Shown: positions 56,261 through 64,000 of the stretch, piece after piece
Numbering within the stretch: position 1 is the first letter of the stretch
How the letters are laid out: each line of letters begins with the position of its first letter
Assembly: GCA_964523375.1 (NCBI GenBank)
Contig: CAZFYG010000004.1
Location: 13,652 to 77,651 of the forward strand
Reading direction: 5' to 3'
Length of the DNA stretch: 64,000 nucleotides
From: an uncultured Gammaproteobacteria bacterium
Lineage (GTDB): Bacteria; Pseudomonadota; Gammaproteobacteria; Magnimaribacterales; D2472
Made by a program: the position numbers and the translations under genes
Notes under the pieces: generated by a model
The model's database searches: none
Told to the model about the DNA's origin: nothing
The model's input: the letters and a program-made list of their open reading frames with translations, nothing else

Positions 56261-56934
56261 AAAAAAATATACATAACTTGCTCGAAAGTATTTCTAATCA
56301 CAGCAAGAAAAGCGAATTTAATACTAAAAATATAATAGCTGTTTCTAAAAAAAAATCATTTGAAGATATAAAGATAGCCTACTCGTATGGATTGAGGAAT
56401 TTTGGAGAAAATTATGCGCAAGAGCTTGAGAAAAAGAATGTATTAAATGAAAAAGAGGGTCTTGATTTAAAATGGCATTTTATTGGGCCTATTCAAACAA
56501 ATAAAATTAGAAGTATTGCGAAATGTGCAGCCTGGGTTCATTCTGTGAGCAGAAAAAAGGAAGTCGATATTTTGAATAAGGAATGTATTTTAGAAAATAA
56601 AATAATGGATATTCTTGTTCAGGTAAATATTTCTAACGAAATGACGAAAAGTGGCTTATTGCCAGAAGAATTATTAGATTTTTCTGAATACGTTGTTGAA
56701 GAAAAGAAAAATCTTTCACTTCGAGGCATGATGGTAATGCCTGCCCTTAACGAAGAATCATCTGAAAGAGTCAAAGTATTCAATCAATGCAAAGAGCTTC
56801 ATCAGACATTAACAAATAAATACCCATTCGCTAATATAATATCTATGGGGACTACGTCTGATTATCTAGATGCTATTGATTGTGGCTCTAGCATGATTAG
56901 AATAGGTGAATTAATTTTTGGTAAAAGATCATAA
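56245..56934 (+). CDS. yggS: PLP-homeostasis protein YggS
   Basis: AVSKKKS (PLP lysine), FGENYAQE and WHFIGPIQTNK. yggS-proC-yggT synteny. Confidence 0.8.
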   Translation: MHHEIEKNIHNLLESISNHSKKSEFNTKNIIAVSKKKSFEDIKIAYSYGLRNFGENYAQELEKKNVLNEKEGLDLKWHFIGPIQTNKIRSIAKCAAWVHSVSRKKEVDILNKECILENKIMDILVQVNISNEMTKSGLLPEELLDFSEYVVEEKKNLSLRGMMVMPALNEESSERVKVFNQCKELHQTLTNKYPFANIISMGTTSDYLDAIDCGSSMIRIGELIFGKRS

Positions 56935-57725
56935 TGGATATCTTGTTTTATGGCGGTGGAAATATAGCTCAAGCCGTTATAAAGGGTTTGATTGCATCAG
57001 GCTATGAAAAAAAACAGGTGAAGTTCCTGGACCGTAATAAATCCAACAGAAAAACTCTTAGTAGTTTTGACATTAAAGAATGTAAATCTCTTGGAATGGA
57101 AGATCATTTTGATTTAATCATCTTGTGCGTTAAGCCAAAGGATGCAATGAAGGCCGTTCAAGACATTACATCAGTAATTAAGAAACCAGCCATACTCTCT
57201 TTAGTGGCAGGGATCAGTGCAAAAAAATATCTATCTGTTTCAAAAAATATTAAGTTGATTAGAGGTATGCCAAATACATCATCAGAGTTTAAAAAAGGCA
57301 TCACAGCATTTTGTAATATAAATGCTCCAAAAAACTTATATTTCAAAACTCAAAAACTATTTTCGCGTATTGGTGTTTCAGTAAATGTAAGTTCTGAGAA
57401 AAAAATGGATGATTACACAGGGCTTGTTGGGAGCGGTCCTGCATATTTTTTTCATTTGCTTCAGGTTTATGAAAAACATCTACTAAAAATTACAGAAAAC
57501 GATAATAAATTGACTAAGCTAATAATTAGCAATCTAATGATGGGTGTAGGGAAGTCTGTTATTGGTGATAAGTCTTTAGAAGAGTTAATTTCTTCAGTTG
57601 CCTCAAAAAAAGGTACTACAGAGGCAGGTCTAAAATCTATGAAAGAAAATCAAGTATCTAGCTCATTCAATAAATCTATCAAGGCTGCTATAAAAAGATC
57701 AAAGGAGATATCTAGTGAGTTCTAG
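56934..57725 (+). CDS. proC: Pyrroline-5-carboxylate reductase
   Basis: FYGGGNIAQAVIKGL Rossmann motif and C-terminal SKKGTTEAGL. Confidence 0.85.
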   Translation: MDILFYGGGNIAQAVIKGLIASGYEKKQVKFLDRNKSNRKTLSSFDIKECKSLGMEDHFDLIILCVKPKDAMKAVQDITSVIKKPAILSLVAGISAKKYLSVSKNIKLIRGMPNTSSEFKKGITAFCNINAPKNLYFKTQKLFSRIGVSVNVSSEKKMDDYTGLVGSGPAYFFHLLQVYEKHLLKITENDNKLTKLIISNLMMGVGKSVIGDKSLEELISSVASKKGTTEAGLKSMKENQVSSSFNKSIKAAIKRSKEISSEF

Positions 57726-58242
57726 CACCATACAACTTATTGCGCTTGTAAGCGGAATGTTGAGCTATGTAGTTAATTTATATTTTATCTTCAATATACT
57801 AAGGGTTGATTACTTCAACCCTGTTGTAAAGATATTTGTAAAGATATTCAAGCCTTTATCACAACTTGCTTTTTTTATACCCAATCAGGCTATTCTCGCT
57901 TTAATTATTGCCTCTCTGTTGAAGTTTTTTGGTTTTTATATTGCTTATGGGGTGGATTATGAAATAGCCAACCTTTTAGTAATTGCCTTGCTTGCAACGC
58001 TGAATATTACACTCCAGATTATTCTTTATTCTATTATTGGAGCAGTAATAATTAGCTGGGTTGCTCAAGGAAATGATCATCCCCTGCTCAGACTAATAGA
58101 AGAGATTTCATTTAAGGTTTTAACTCCTATAAAAAACATCATTCCCGCTATGGGGGGGTTAGATATCTCACCCTTGTTTGGGTTGATACTGATCCAATAC
58201 CTTCAATCATTTATCGGAGGACTTATTCAGTCGCTGGTATGA
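57715..58242 (+). CDS. yggT: YggT family membrane protein
   Basis: GTG start with AAGGAG 8 nt upstream. Four or five hydrophobic helices. Position after proC. Confidence 0.7.
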   Translation: MSSSTIQLIALVSGMLSYVVNLYFIFNILRVDYFNPVVKIFVKIFKPLSQLAFFIPNQAILALIIASLLKFFGFYIAYGVDYEIANLLVIALLATLNITLQIILYSIIGAVIISWVAQGNDHPLLRLIEEISFKVLTPIKNIIPAMGGLDISPLFGLILIQYLQSFIGGLIQSLV

Positions 58243-59333
58243 AGGTAGCATCAAAAAAAATAAAATTTGAGAATAGCCTTAGCCTTGAATGCGGCTCAAT
58301 ACTTCCATCTTTTGAATTAATGTTTGAAACGTATGGGGAGCTAAATAAAGAAAATTCTAATGCCATATTGGTATGCCATGCATTTTCTGGTAATCATCAT
58401 GCCGCTGGCGAATCTAATACAGACTCTTCAATTGGATGGTGGGATCAAATGATCGGGCCTAATAAAGCCATTGATACAAATAAATATTTTGTTGTGTGCT
58501 CAAATAATATTGGAGGTTGTGGTGGATCTTCGGGGCCTACATCGATTAACCCCAACAATGGAGAGGTTTATGGAGCAGACTTTCCTGTTGTGTCTGTTGT
58601 TGATTGGGTGAACACTCAAAAAATATTAATGGACAATTTGAGGATCAATAAATGGGAGTTAGTTTTAGGTGGAAGTCTTGGGGGAATGCAAGCCCTTCAA
58701 TGGGCCATTTCTTACCCAGAAAATATCAATAAAGCTGGAATATTTGCTGCCGCAGCTCAAGCCAGCACACAAAATATTGCAATGAATGAGGTTGCGAGAG
58801 AGTCTATTCGAAAAGATGAGAATTTCTATAATGGGCATTATTTAAAAAATAATACAAAACCTAAGAAAGGTTTAAAAACAGCTCGAATGTTAGGCCATAT
58901 TACTTATTTATCAGAGGAGCATATGGACCTAAGGTTTGGAAGAAGGTTCCAAGATAGTGAATCGAAGGTAGCCAGAGATGTTGATTTTGAGATTGAAAAC
59001 TATCTTCAATACAAGGGTGAGAAATTCTCAGACTCTTTTGACGCAAATACATATATTTTGATGACAAAGGCTATGGATAACTTTGATCCGTCAAGCAATA
59101 AGGAAGGAGATCTTAAAAAAGCACTTATAAATATTAAATCAAAACTTTTAATCATTGGCTTTAAAACTGATTGGCTTTTCCCGCCAAAAAAAGGGAAAGA
59201 AATTCAGCTTGCAGCTATGAAGGCTGGAATAAACTCATCATTTGTTGTTTTAGATGGAAAGCATGGCCATGACAGCTTCCTTTTTATGTCGGATAGATAT
59301 TTTAAAATCATAAGATCATTTTTAGAATCCTAA
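58239..59333 (+). CDS. metX: Homoserine O-acyltransferase MetX
   Basis: ILVCHAFSGNHHAAG, nucleophile elbow GGSLGGMQALQW and GHDSFL. Followed by metW. Confidence 0.85.
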   Translation: MKVASKKIKFENSLSLECGSILPSFELMFETYGELNKENSNAILVCHAFSGNHHAAGESNTDSSIGWWDQMIGPNKAIDTNKYFVVCSNNIGGCGGSSGPTSINPNNGEVYGADFPVVSVVDWVNTQKILMDNLRINKWELVLGGSLGGMQALQWAISYPENINKAGIFAAAAQASTQNIAMNEVARESIRKDENFYNGHYLKNNTKPKKGLKTARMLGHITYLSEEHMDLRFGRRFQDSESKVARDVDFEIENYLQYKGEKFSDSFDANTYILMTKAMDNFDPSSNKEGDLKKALINIKSKLLIIGFKTDWLFPPKKGKEIQLAAMKAGINSSFVVLDGKHGHDSFLFMSDRYFKIIRSFLES

Positions 59334-59334
59334 T

Positions 59335-59922
59335 ATGCCAATTACAGAGATAATAAAGAAATGGATAACTGAGGGAGCAAATGTAATAGATTTTGGTTGT
59401 GGCGACGGGTCCCTACTATGTGATTTAAAAAATTCAAAAAACATTAATGGCTACGGTATAGAAATTGACCCTGATCAAATAGAATTATGTATAGAAAACG
59501 GAGTGTCTGTTATAGAGCAAGATATTGATCAAGGTATTCAAGACTTCTCATCTTTTAATTTTGATATTGCAATCATGGCTAGCTCAATACAGTGCCTGAA
59601 AAATCCCGATATTGCCTTAGACAAAATGCTAGATATTGCTGATTGCTGCATTGTTACTCTACCTAATTTTGGTCATTGGAAATGTAGACTAGATGTATTC
59701 TTGGGAAGAATGCCTGTTACAAAAAGCTTGCCTGTTACTTGGTACGAAACTAATAACTATCATCTTTGTACAATCAAAGACTTTGAGAGTCTTTGTAGTG
59801 AAAGAGGATTTATTTTAAATAAACGAAAATATTTAAACACAAGTTTTAAAGAAAGCTGGCTATCTTCACTCAGACCAAACCTTTTTGCCGCAGAAGGAGT
59901 GTACTTAATTGAAAAAAAATAA
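59335..59922 (+). CDS. metW: Methionine biosynthesis protein MetW
   Basis: SAM-MTase-like VIDFGCGDGSLL. Conserved metX-metW pair. Confidence 0.8.
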   Translation: MPITEIIKKWITEGANVIDFGCGDGSLLCDLKNSKNINGYGIEIDPDQIELCIENGVSVIEQDIDQGIQDFSSFNFDIAIMASSIQCLKNPDIALDKMLDIADCCIVTLPNFGHWKCRLDVFLGRMPVTKSLPVTWYETNNYHLCTIKDFESLCSERGFILNKRKYLNTSFKESWLSSLRPNLFAAEGVYLIEKK

Positions 59923-60514
59923 AGAAATATTACTTGCCTCATCTAATAAAGGGAAAATTGCAGAATTTAAGAAGATTTTTATAAATAAAAGTCTTGTCTC
60001 CCTTTCAGACCTTGGCATAGGTGATGCAATTGAAGATGGTTTGAGCTTTCTTGAAAATGCTATTAAAAAAGCAAGACATGGGGCTAAATATTCTGGTTTA
60101 TATTCTATAGCAGATGATTCTGGTCTTGTTGTTCCTAGTTTAAATTTTGAACCAGGCATATATTCTGCCAGATATGCTGGAAGTGACTCAACGGATAAGC
60201 TTAATAGGGAAAAGTTAATATCATCTATAAAAGCATGTGATAAAGATTTTTTGGATGCTTATTATGTTTGCGTCATCGTTGGCATGTTTAATGAGGGCGA
60301 TCCTATGCCTATTGTTGCGTCAGGTAGGATTCATGGGAAAGTATCTATCTACGAAAGTGGTGAAGGTGGATTTGGCTATGATAAAATTTTTTACCCGAAT
60401 GGATACTCATCCTCGATGGCTTCTATCGAAAGTGATGTTAAAAATAAAATTAGTCATAGAGGCCTGGCTGCATCAGATTTTATAAATAAATTTAATAGCA
60501 TTGAATCTGCCTGA
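59909..60514 (+). CDS. rdgB: dITP/XTP pyrophosphatase RdgB
   Basis: LASSNKGKIAEFK, GGFGYDKIFYP and KNKISHRG. TTG start with GAAGGAG upstream. Confidence 0.85.
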   Translation: MKKNKEILLASSNKGKIAEFKKIFINKSLVSLSDLGIGDAIEDGLSFLENAIKKARHGAKYSGLYSIADDSGLVVPSLNFEPGIYSARYAGSDSTDKLNREKLISSIKACDKDFLDAYYVCVIVGMFNEGDPMPIVASGRIHGKVSIYESGEGGFGYDKIFYPNGYSSSMASIESDVKNKISHRGLAASDFINKFNSIESA

Positions 60515-61625
60515 TATTCCATTAAGTCTTTATATCCACCTTCCTTGGTGTGAGAAAAAATGCCCGTATTGTGATTTTAATATTTCAACTAATAAGTCTG
60601 ATACAGATGAAGAGAATTTAATAAAGGCAATTATTTTTGATATTGAGAATTCTAAGGTTGCTATTAATAATAGAAAATTCAAATCCATTTACTTTGGAGG
60701 GGGCACTCCGTCACTTGTTAAAGGTGAGTTGATAGGCTTAATTATCAATTTTCTTAAAAAAAATGATCTTATTGAAAATAATGCAGAGGTTAGTTTTGAA
60801 TTTAACCCTCAGGAAGTATCTAAGGATTACCTTGATTGTATTGTAGGTCATGGAGTTAATAGATTATCCATAGGCGTTCAAAGCTTTGATGATAAAACTC
60901 TCTCTTCTCTTGAAAGAAACCATAACAAGAAAAGATCTCTTAAATCTATTGAGGTCATATCATTGTTAAAAGGCGTTAGGACGAGCATAGATCTGATATA
61001 TGGTGTCATGGATCAAACATTAAATTCTTTTGAAGTTGATTTAAAAACATTTAGTGAGTTTGATCTGAGCCACCTATCTTTATACCAGCTGACCATTGAA
61101 CCAAATACAATCTTTTATAAAAGAGAACTTAGAACCCCCAGTGAAGAGGTAATAGAAGACATGGAAAGATCTGCAAAAAAAATCTTAAATTCTAATGGGT
61201 ATTTTCAATATGAAGTCTCATCTTGGTCGCTAGATAATCAGAAAGGTATTCATAATATGAATTATTGGTCATATGGTGATTATCTTGGCGTTGGTCCTGG
61301 GGCGCACTCAAAGATAACATTAAGTAACGGGGTTTACCGTAGCATTAAAATGAAGAAAGTGTTGTCATATATCCAGAATCCATTAAAAAATAATGGTAAA
61401 TATGTCCCAAAAAAAGAAATTGATTTAGATCTTGCTATGAATTTTTTAAGAATTAAGGATGGTGTTAGTTTGGAAGAATTGAAAAATAATACCTACTTAG
61501 CCTCAGATAATTTTTTTAATAAAATAGAAATTGCAATTAAAAAAGGTTTAATAGAGAAAGATAGATTTAAAGCAACCGATCAAGGCTATAAGTTTCTAAA
61601 TGACACAATAAATATTTTTGGTTAA
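60501..61625 (+). CDS. hemW: Radical SAM heme chaperone HemW (HemN-like, oxygen-independent coproporphyrinogen oxidase family)
   Basis: LYIHLPWCEKKCPYCDFN (CxxxCxxC) and YFGGGTPS. TTG start. rdgB-hemW synteny. Confidence 0.85.
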   Translation: MNLPDIPLSLYIHLPWCEKKCPYCDFNISTNKSDTDEENLIKAIIFDIENSKVAINNRKFKSIYFGGGTPSLVKGELIGLIINFLKKNDLIENNAEVSFEFNPQEVSKDYLDCIVGHGVNRLSIGVQSFDDKTLSSLERNHNKKRSLKSIEVISLLKGVRTSIDLIYGVMDQTLNSFEVDLKTFSEFDLSHLSLYQLTIEPNTIFYKRELRTPSEEVIEDMERSAKKILNSNGYFQYEVSSWSLDNQKGIHNMNYWSYGDYLGVGPGAHSKITLSNGVYRSIKMKKVLSYIQNPLKNNGKYVPKKEIDLDLAMNFLRIKDGVSLEELKNNTYLASDNFFNKIEIAIKKGLIEKDRFKATDQGYKFLNDTINIFG

Positions 61626-62266
61626 ATTTTTTTTAAATTAAACTTATGGATATCCCTTCCCTCTCTAATTGCCCTGGCCTGGAATCTTGTTACAGGGAGG
61701 TTGTTGAATGGAAAATCTTCTGAGGAAATATATCCTTCTGCATCACAAATGGCTTCATATATCCCATCAGCATAGTCCTCCCAGTCAGTAGCAATATAAA
61801 GATCTCCCTCTTTCTTTAGGGAATTTCGAGCAAGTGCTAAAAAATCAGAGTTTATAAGCCTTCTCTTATGATGTTTGGCTTTCTGCCATGGATCAGGACA
61901 AATAATTAGCATGCTCTTAAATATCGGTACTTTTATTGTTTCTAACAGCTCTCTAACATCCCCGTTATGGATTCTAATATTTAATAAATTATTTTCCTTT
62001 ATTTTTCCTATTAAAGACCCTATGCCTGAAAGGTAAACTTCTGAACCAACAAATAAAGTCTCAGGATTTCCTTTTGCTATCGAAAAAATATTTTCTCCAT
62101 CACCAAAACCTATTTCTATTGTTGTAGATGTAAAATCCTCTGATATATTTTTAATATCATTGAAATCGGATACTGAAAACTTATGTAAATCTTCAATATT
62201 CTCTATTTGTTTTTTTGTGATTCTTCCTCTGCGCTTAACAAAAGACGGTAAATACTTAAAATGCAT
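61622..62266 (-). CDS. trmB: tRNA (guanine46-N7)-methyltransferase
   Basis: EIGFGDGENI and CPDPWQKAKHHKRRLI. Confidence 0.85.
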   Translation of the reverse strand: MHFKYLPSFVKRRGRITKKQIENIEDLHKFSVSDFNDIKNISEDFTSTTIEIGFGDGENIFSIAKGNPETLFVGSEVYLSGIGSLIGKIKENNLLNIRIHNGDVRELLETIKVPIFKSMLIICPDPWQKAKHHKRRLINSDFLALARNSLKKEGDLYIATDWEDYADGIYEAICDAEGYISSEDFPFNNLPVTRFQARAIREGRDIHKFNLKKI

Positions 62267-62306
62267 TTATTAATTATTTAAAGTTGGGTCTGGTTGACAG
62301 ACTATA

Positions 62307-63167
62307 TTATGCGGCTTCGCCCATAGAGGCTTTAAGTTTTTTTAGAGCTCCAGTTTCGATCTGTCTTATTCTTTCTGCAGAAACCCCATACTCATCTGCA
62401 AGCTCGTGTAATGTTGCTTTCTTATCATCAAGGTATCTTCTTAAGAGAATATCTTTGCTTCTGCCATCAAGAAGCTTCAATGCTTCCATTAGATTAGCAT
62501 TATTAACTTTTTCCACTTCCTCGTTAGCAACCATCATCTCAGGGTCATATCTTTTATCTTCAAGATACTGTGCTGGGGACATCATCTCCTCATCATCATT
62601 AGTTGATGTGGGACTATCGAATGCCGCATCTGTTGAAGAGAGCCTATTTTCCATATGCAAAACGTCTTTCACTTCAACGTTGAGGTCATTTGCTATTTTT
62701 TCTGCCTCATCTTTTGTTAACCATCCAAGTGATTTCTTTTTACTTCTTAGATTAAAGAAAAGCTTTCTCTGTGCCTTGGTTGTGGCAATTTTTACTAGTC
62801 TCCAATTTCTTAATATATATTCATGAATTTCGGCTTTAATCCAATGCACAGCAAATGAAACAACTTTCACGCCTTTGTTTGGATCAAACTTATCAACTGC
62901 TTTCATAAGGCCTACGTTTCCTTCCTGAATAATATCAGCCAATGGAAGCCCATAGCCTTGATAAGAGCGTGCAATGTGAACAACAAATCTTAAATGATGG
63001 ATAACAAGCTGCCTAGCAGCATCAAGATCGTCATCATCATAAAGCTTAAATGTAAGTTCTTGTTCTTGTTCTTTGGTCAAAATAGGAATTGCATGCACAG
63101 AAGACAAATAGGATTCTATATCCTTGCCCGGAGTGGTTAAATTAATTGGTTGTAAACTTGTTCCCAT
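62307..63167 (-). CDS. rpoH: RNA polymerase sigma-32 factor
   Basis: RpoH box TKAQRKLFFNLRS, region 2 (LRFVVHIARSY, DIIQEGNVGLMKAVDKFD) and the region 4.2 HTH (LHELADEYGVSAERIRQIE). Confidence 0.9.
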   Translation of the reverse strand: MGTSLQPINLTTPGKDIESYLSSVHAIPILTKEQEQELTFKLYDDDDLDAARQLVIHHLRFVVHIARSYQGYGLPLADIIQEGNVGLMKAVDKFDPNKGVKVVSFAVHWIKAEIHEYILRNWRLVKIATTKAQRKLFFNLRSKKKSLGWLTKDEAEKIANDLNVEVKDVLHMENRLSSTDAAFDSPTSTNDDEEMMSPAQYLEDKRYDPEMMVANEEVEKVNNANLMEALKLLDGRSKDILLRRYLDDKKATLHELADEYGVSAERIRQIETGALKKLKASMGEAA

Positions 63168-63226
63168 ATCTTATTATGCTCTATATTTATATTATATTAT
63201 ATAAATAAATTATATCGAACTAAATA

Positions 63227-64000
63227 TTATAGCAATTTTTTTGTAAATTCGCTCAAAATAGGCATATATTTATCTTTTAGATCATTGTTCCTAAATCCAA
63301 AAAAAGGTGGATTAAGAATTGAATCAGCTTTTCCGTAATCTAGATCAGTAAAATCATAAGCTTTAACTATTATCCCTCCTTTGCTTCTTAAGAATCCTTC
63401 AGCTGCAGCTATATCCCACTCAGAAGTAGGTCCAAATCTCGGGTAAAAATCCGCATCACCTGTTGCTAAAGAGCAAATTTTTAAAGAGCTTCCCTTTTCA
63501 ATTATGCTAAAACTAATGCCTTTTACCCTCAAGAAATCTAAAAAAGATTTATCTACGTCTGTTTGATGGCTCTTGCTCATAACAATCCTTAGAGAGGTAT
63601 CTGCATCAACTTCTTTTTGCTCAATTTCCGCACTATCGAATATTGACCCGCTCCAAATCTCACCACTGAATGGTGCTCCAACAATTCCAAATATTGGCTT
63701 TCCATTTCTTATTAGCCCAATATTTACAGTAAATTCTTTGGATTTATTAATAAATTCTCTAGTTCCATCTAACGGATCAACAATCCAAAAAAGTTTATGA
63801 TTATGATTTAGTAAATCATTTGAATATGTTTCCTCTGAAATAACTGGTATCTCTGGTGAAATAGCCTTTAAGGCTTTCATAATAATTTCATTAGCCGCAA
63901 GATCAGCAATGGTCACAGGAGATCCATCGCCCTTATCCTTTTTGCCCAAATTATTGCTGTGATAGATATCCATAATTTCTGAAGAAGACTTGATTACAGC
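63227..64000 (-). CDS. cysQ: 3'(2'),5'-bisphosphate nucleotidase CysQ (5' end beyond window)
   Basis: DGSPVTIADLAANEII, WIVDPLDGTREF and EWDIAAAEG. The reading frame stays open upstream of the ATG at 63973 to the window edge (..AVIKSSSEIMDIYH), matching the CysQ N-terminal region, so the gene is probably truncated by the window. Confidence 0.8.
   Translation of the reverse strand, partial: AVIKSSSEIMDIYHSNNLGKKDKGDGSPVTIADLAANEIIMKALKAISPEIPVISEETYSNDLLNHNHKLFWIVDPLDGTREFINKSKEFTVNIGLIRNGKPIFGIVGAPFSGEIWSGSIFDSAEIEQKEVDADTSLRIVMSKSHQTDVDKSFLDFLRVKGISFSIIEKGSSLKICSLATGDADFYPRFGPTSEWDIAAAEGFLRSKGGIIVKAYDFTDLDYGKADSILNPPFFGFRNNDLKDKYMPILSEFTKKLL

Noticed and set aside
62267-62306. Short hairpin GTCTG-N5-CAGAC downstream of rpoH as a terminator
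   Set aside because: Only a 5-bp stem, with no following T-run on the minus strand. Too weak to call.
62284-62826. 180-aa plus-strand ORF
   Set aside because: Antisense to rpoH. The Ser/Leu-rich composition is what the complement of a Glu/Lys/Asp-rich gene produces. No Shine-Dalgarno and no recognisable motifs.
1-64000. Expectation that the window hides a novel multi-gene system (defence, secretion, biosynthesis)
   Set aside because: Of about 80 ORFs, all but roughly six small ones carry motifs of well-known housekeeping families in conserved synteny. No cluster of adjacent unknowns, no mobility genes and no obvious compositional island were evident by eye. The unusual loci are reported individually instead.

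Overview
This is a visibly AT-rich, extremely gene-dense chromosomal segment with about 80 CDS and one tRNA. By my hand tally about 97% of bases lie inside gene calls. Gene content and order fit a streamlined gammaproteobacterium: surA-pdxA-rsmA-apaH, tsaD/rpsU, rph-pyrE, spoT-rpoZ-gmk-yicC, ubiC-ubiA, mutY-yggX, lgt-thyA-folA, yggS-proC-yggT-metX-metW-rdgB-hemW, then trmB, rpoH and cysQ. Almost everything is core housekeeping. I saw no CRISPR array, transposase, integrase, phage gene, toxin-antitoxin pair or recognisable defence gene. I cannot honestly point to a multi-gene system built from unknowns. The loci most worth a second look are listed here. (1) An AlkB-family hydroxylase, a stand-alone 2Fe-2S ferredoxin and a 67-aa membrane protein form an operon abutting tRNA-Phe. 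(2) The largest non-coding gap of the window (284 bp) sits upstream of that operon and holds a perfect 50-bp direct repeat. (3) A GlnII (type II) glutamine synthetase occupies the glnA slot upstream of ntrBC, with a sigma-54/NtrC-type control region and a strong terminator abutting ntrB. (4) An unannotated 56-aa rubredoxin is translationally coupled to a DAACS symporter. (5) An ACE-like M2 lipoprotein peptidase is coupled to a DUF1295 membrane protein. (6) An orphan FTR1 iron permease lies behind a 21-bp Fur-like palindrome. (7) A Vibrio TonB2-type six-gene cluster is present. All functional calls rest on motif recognition and remembered family knowledge; no searches were run.
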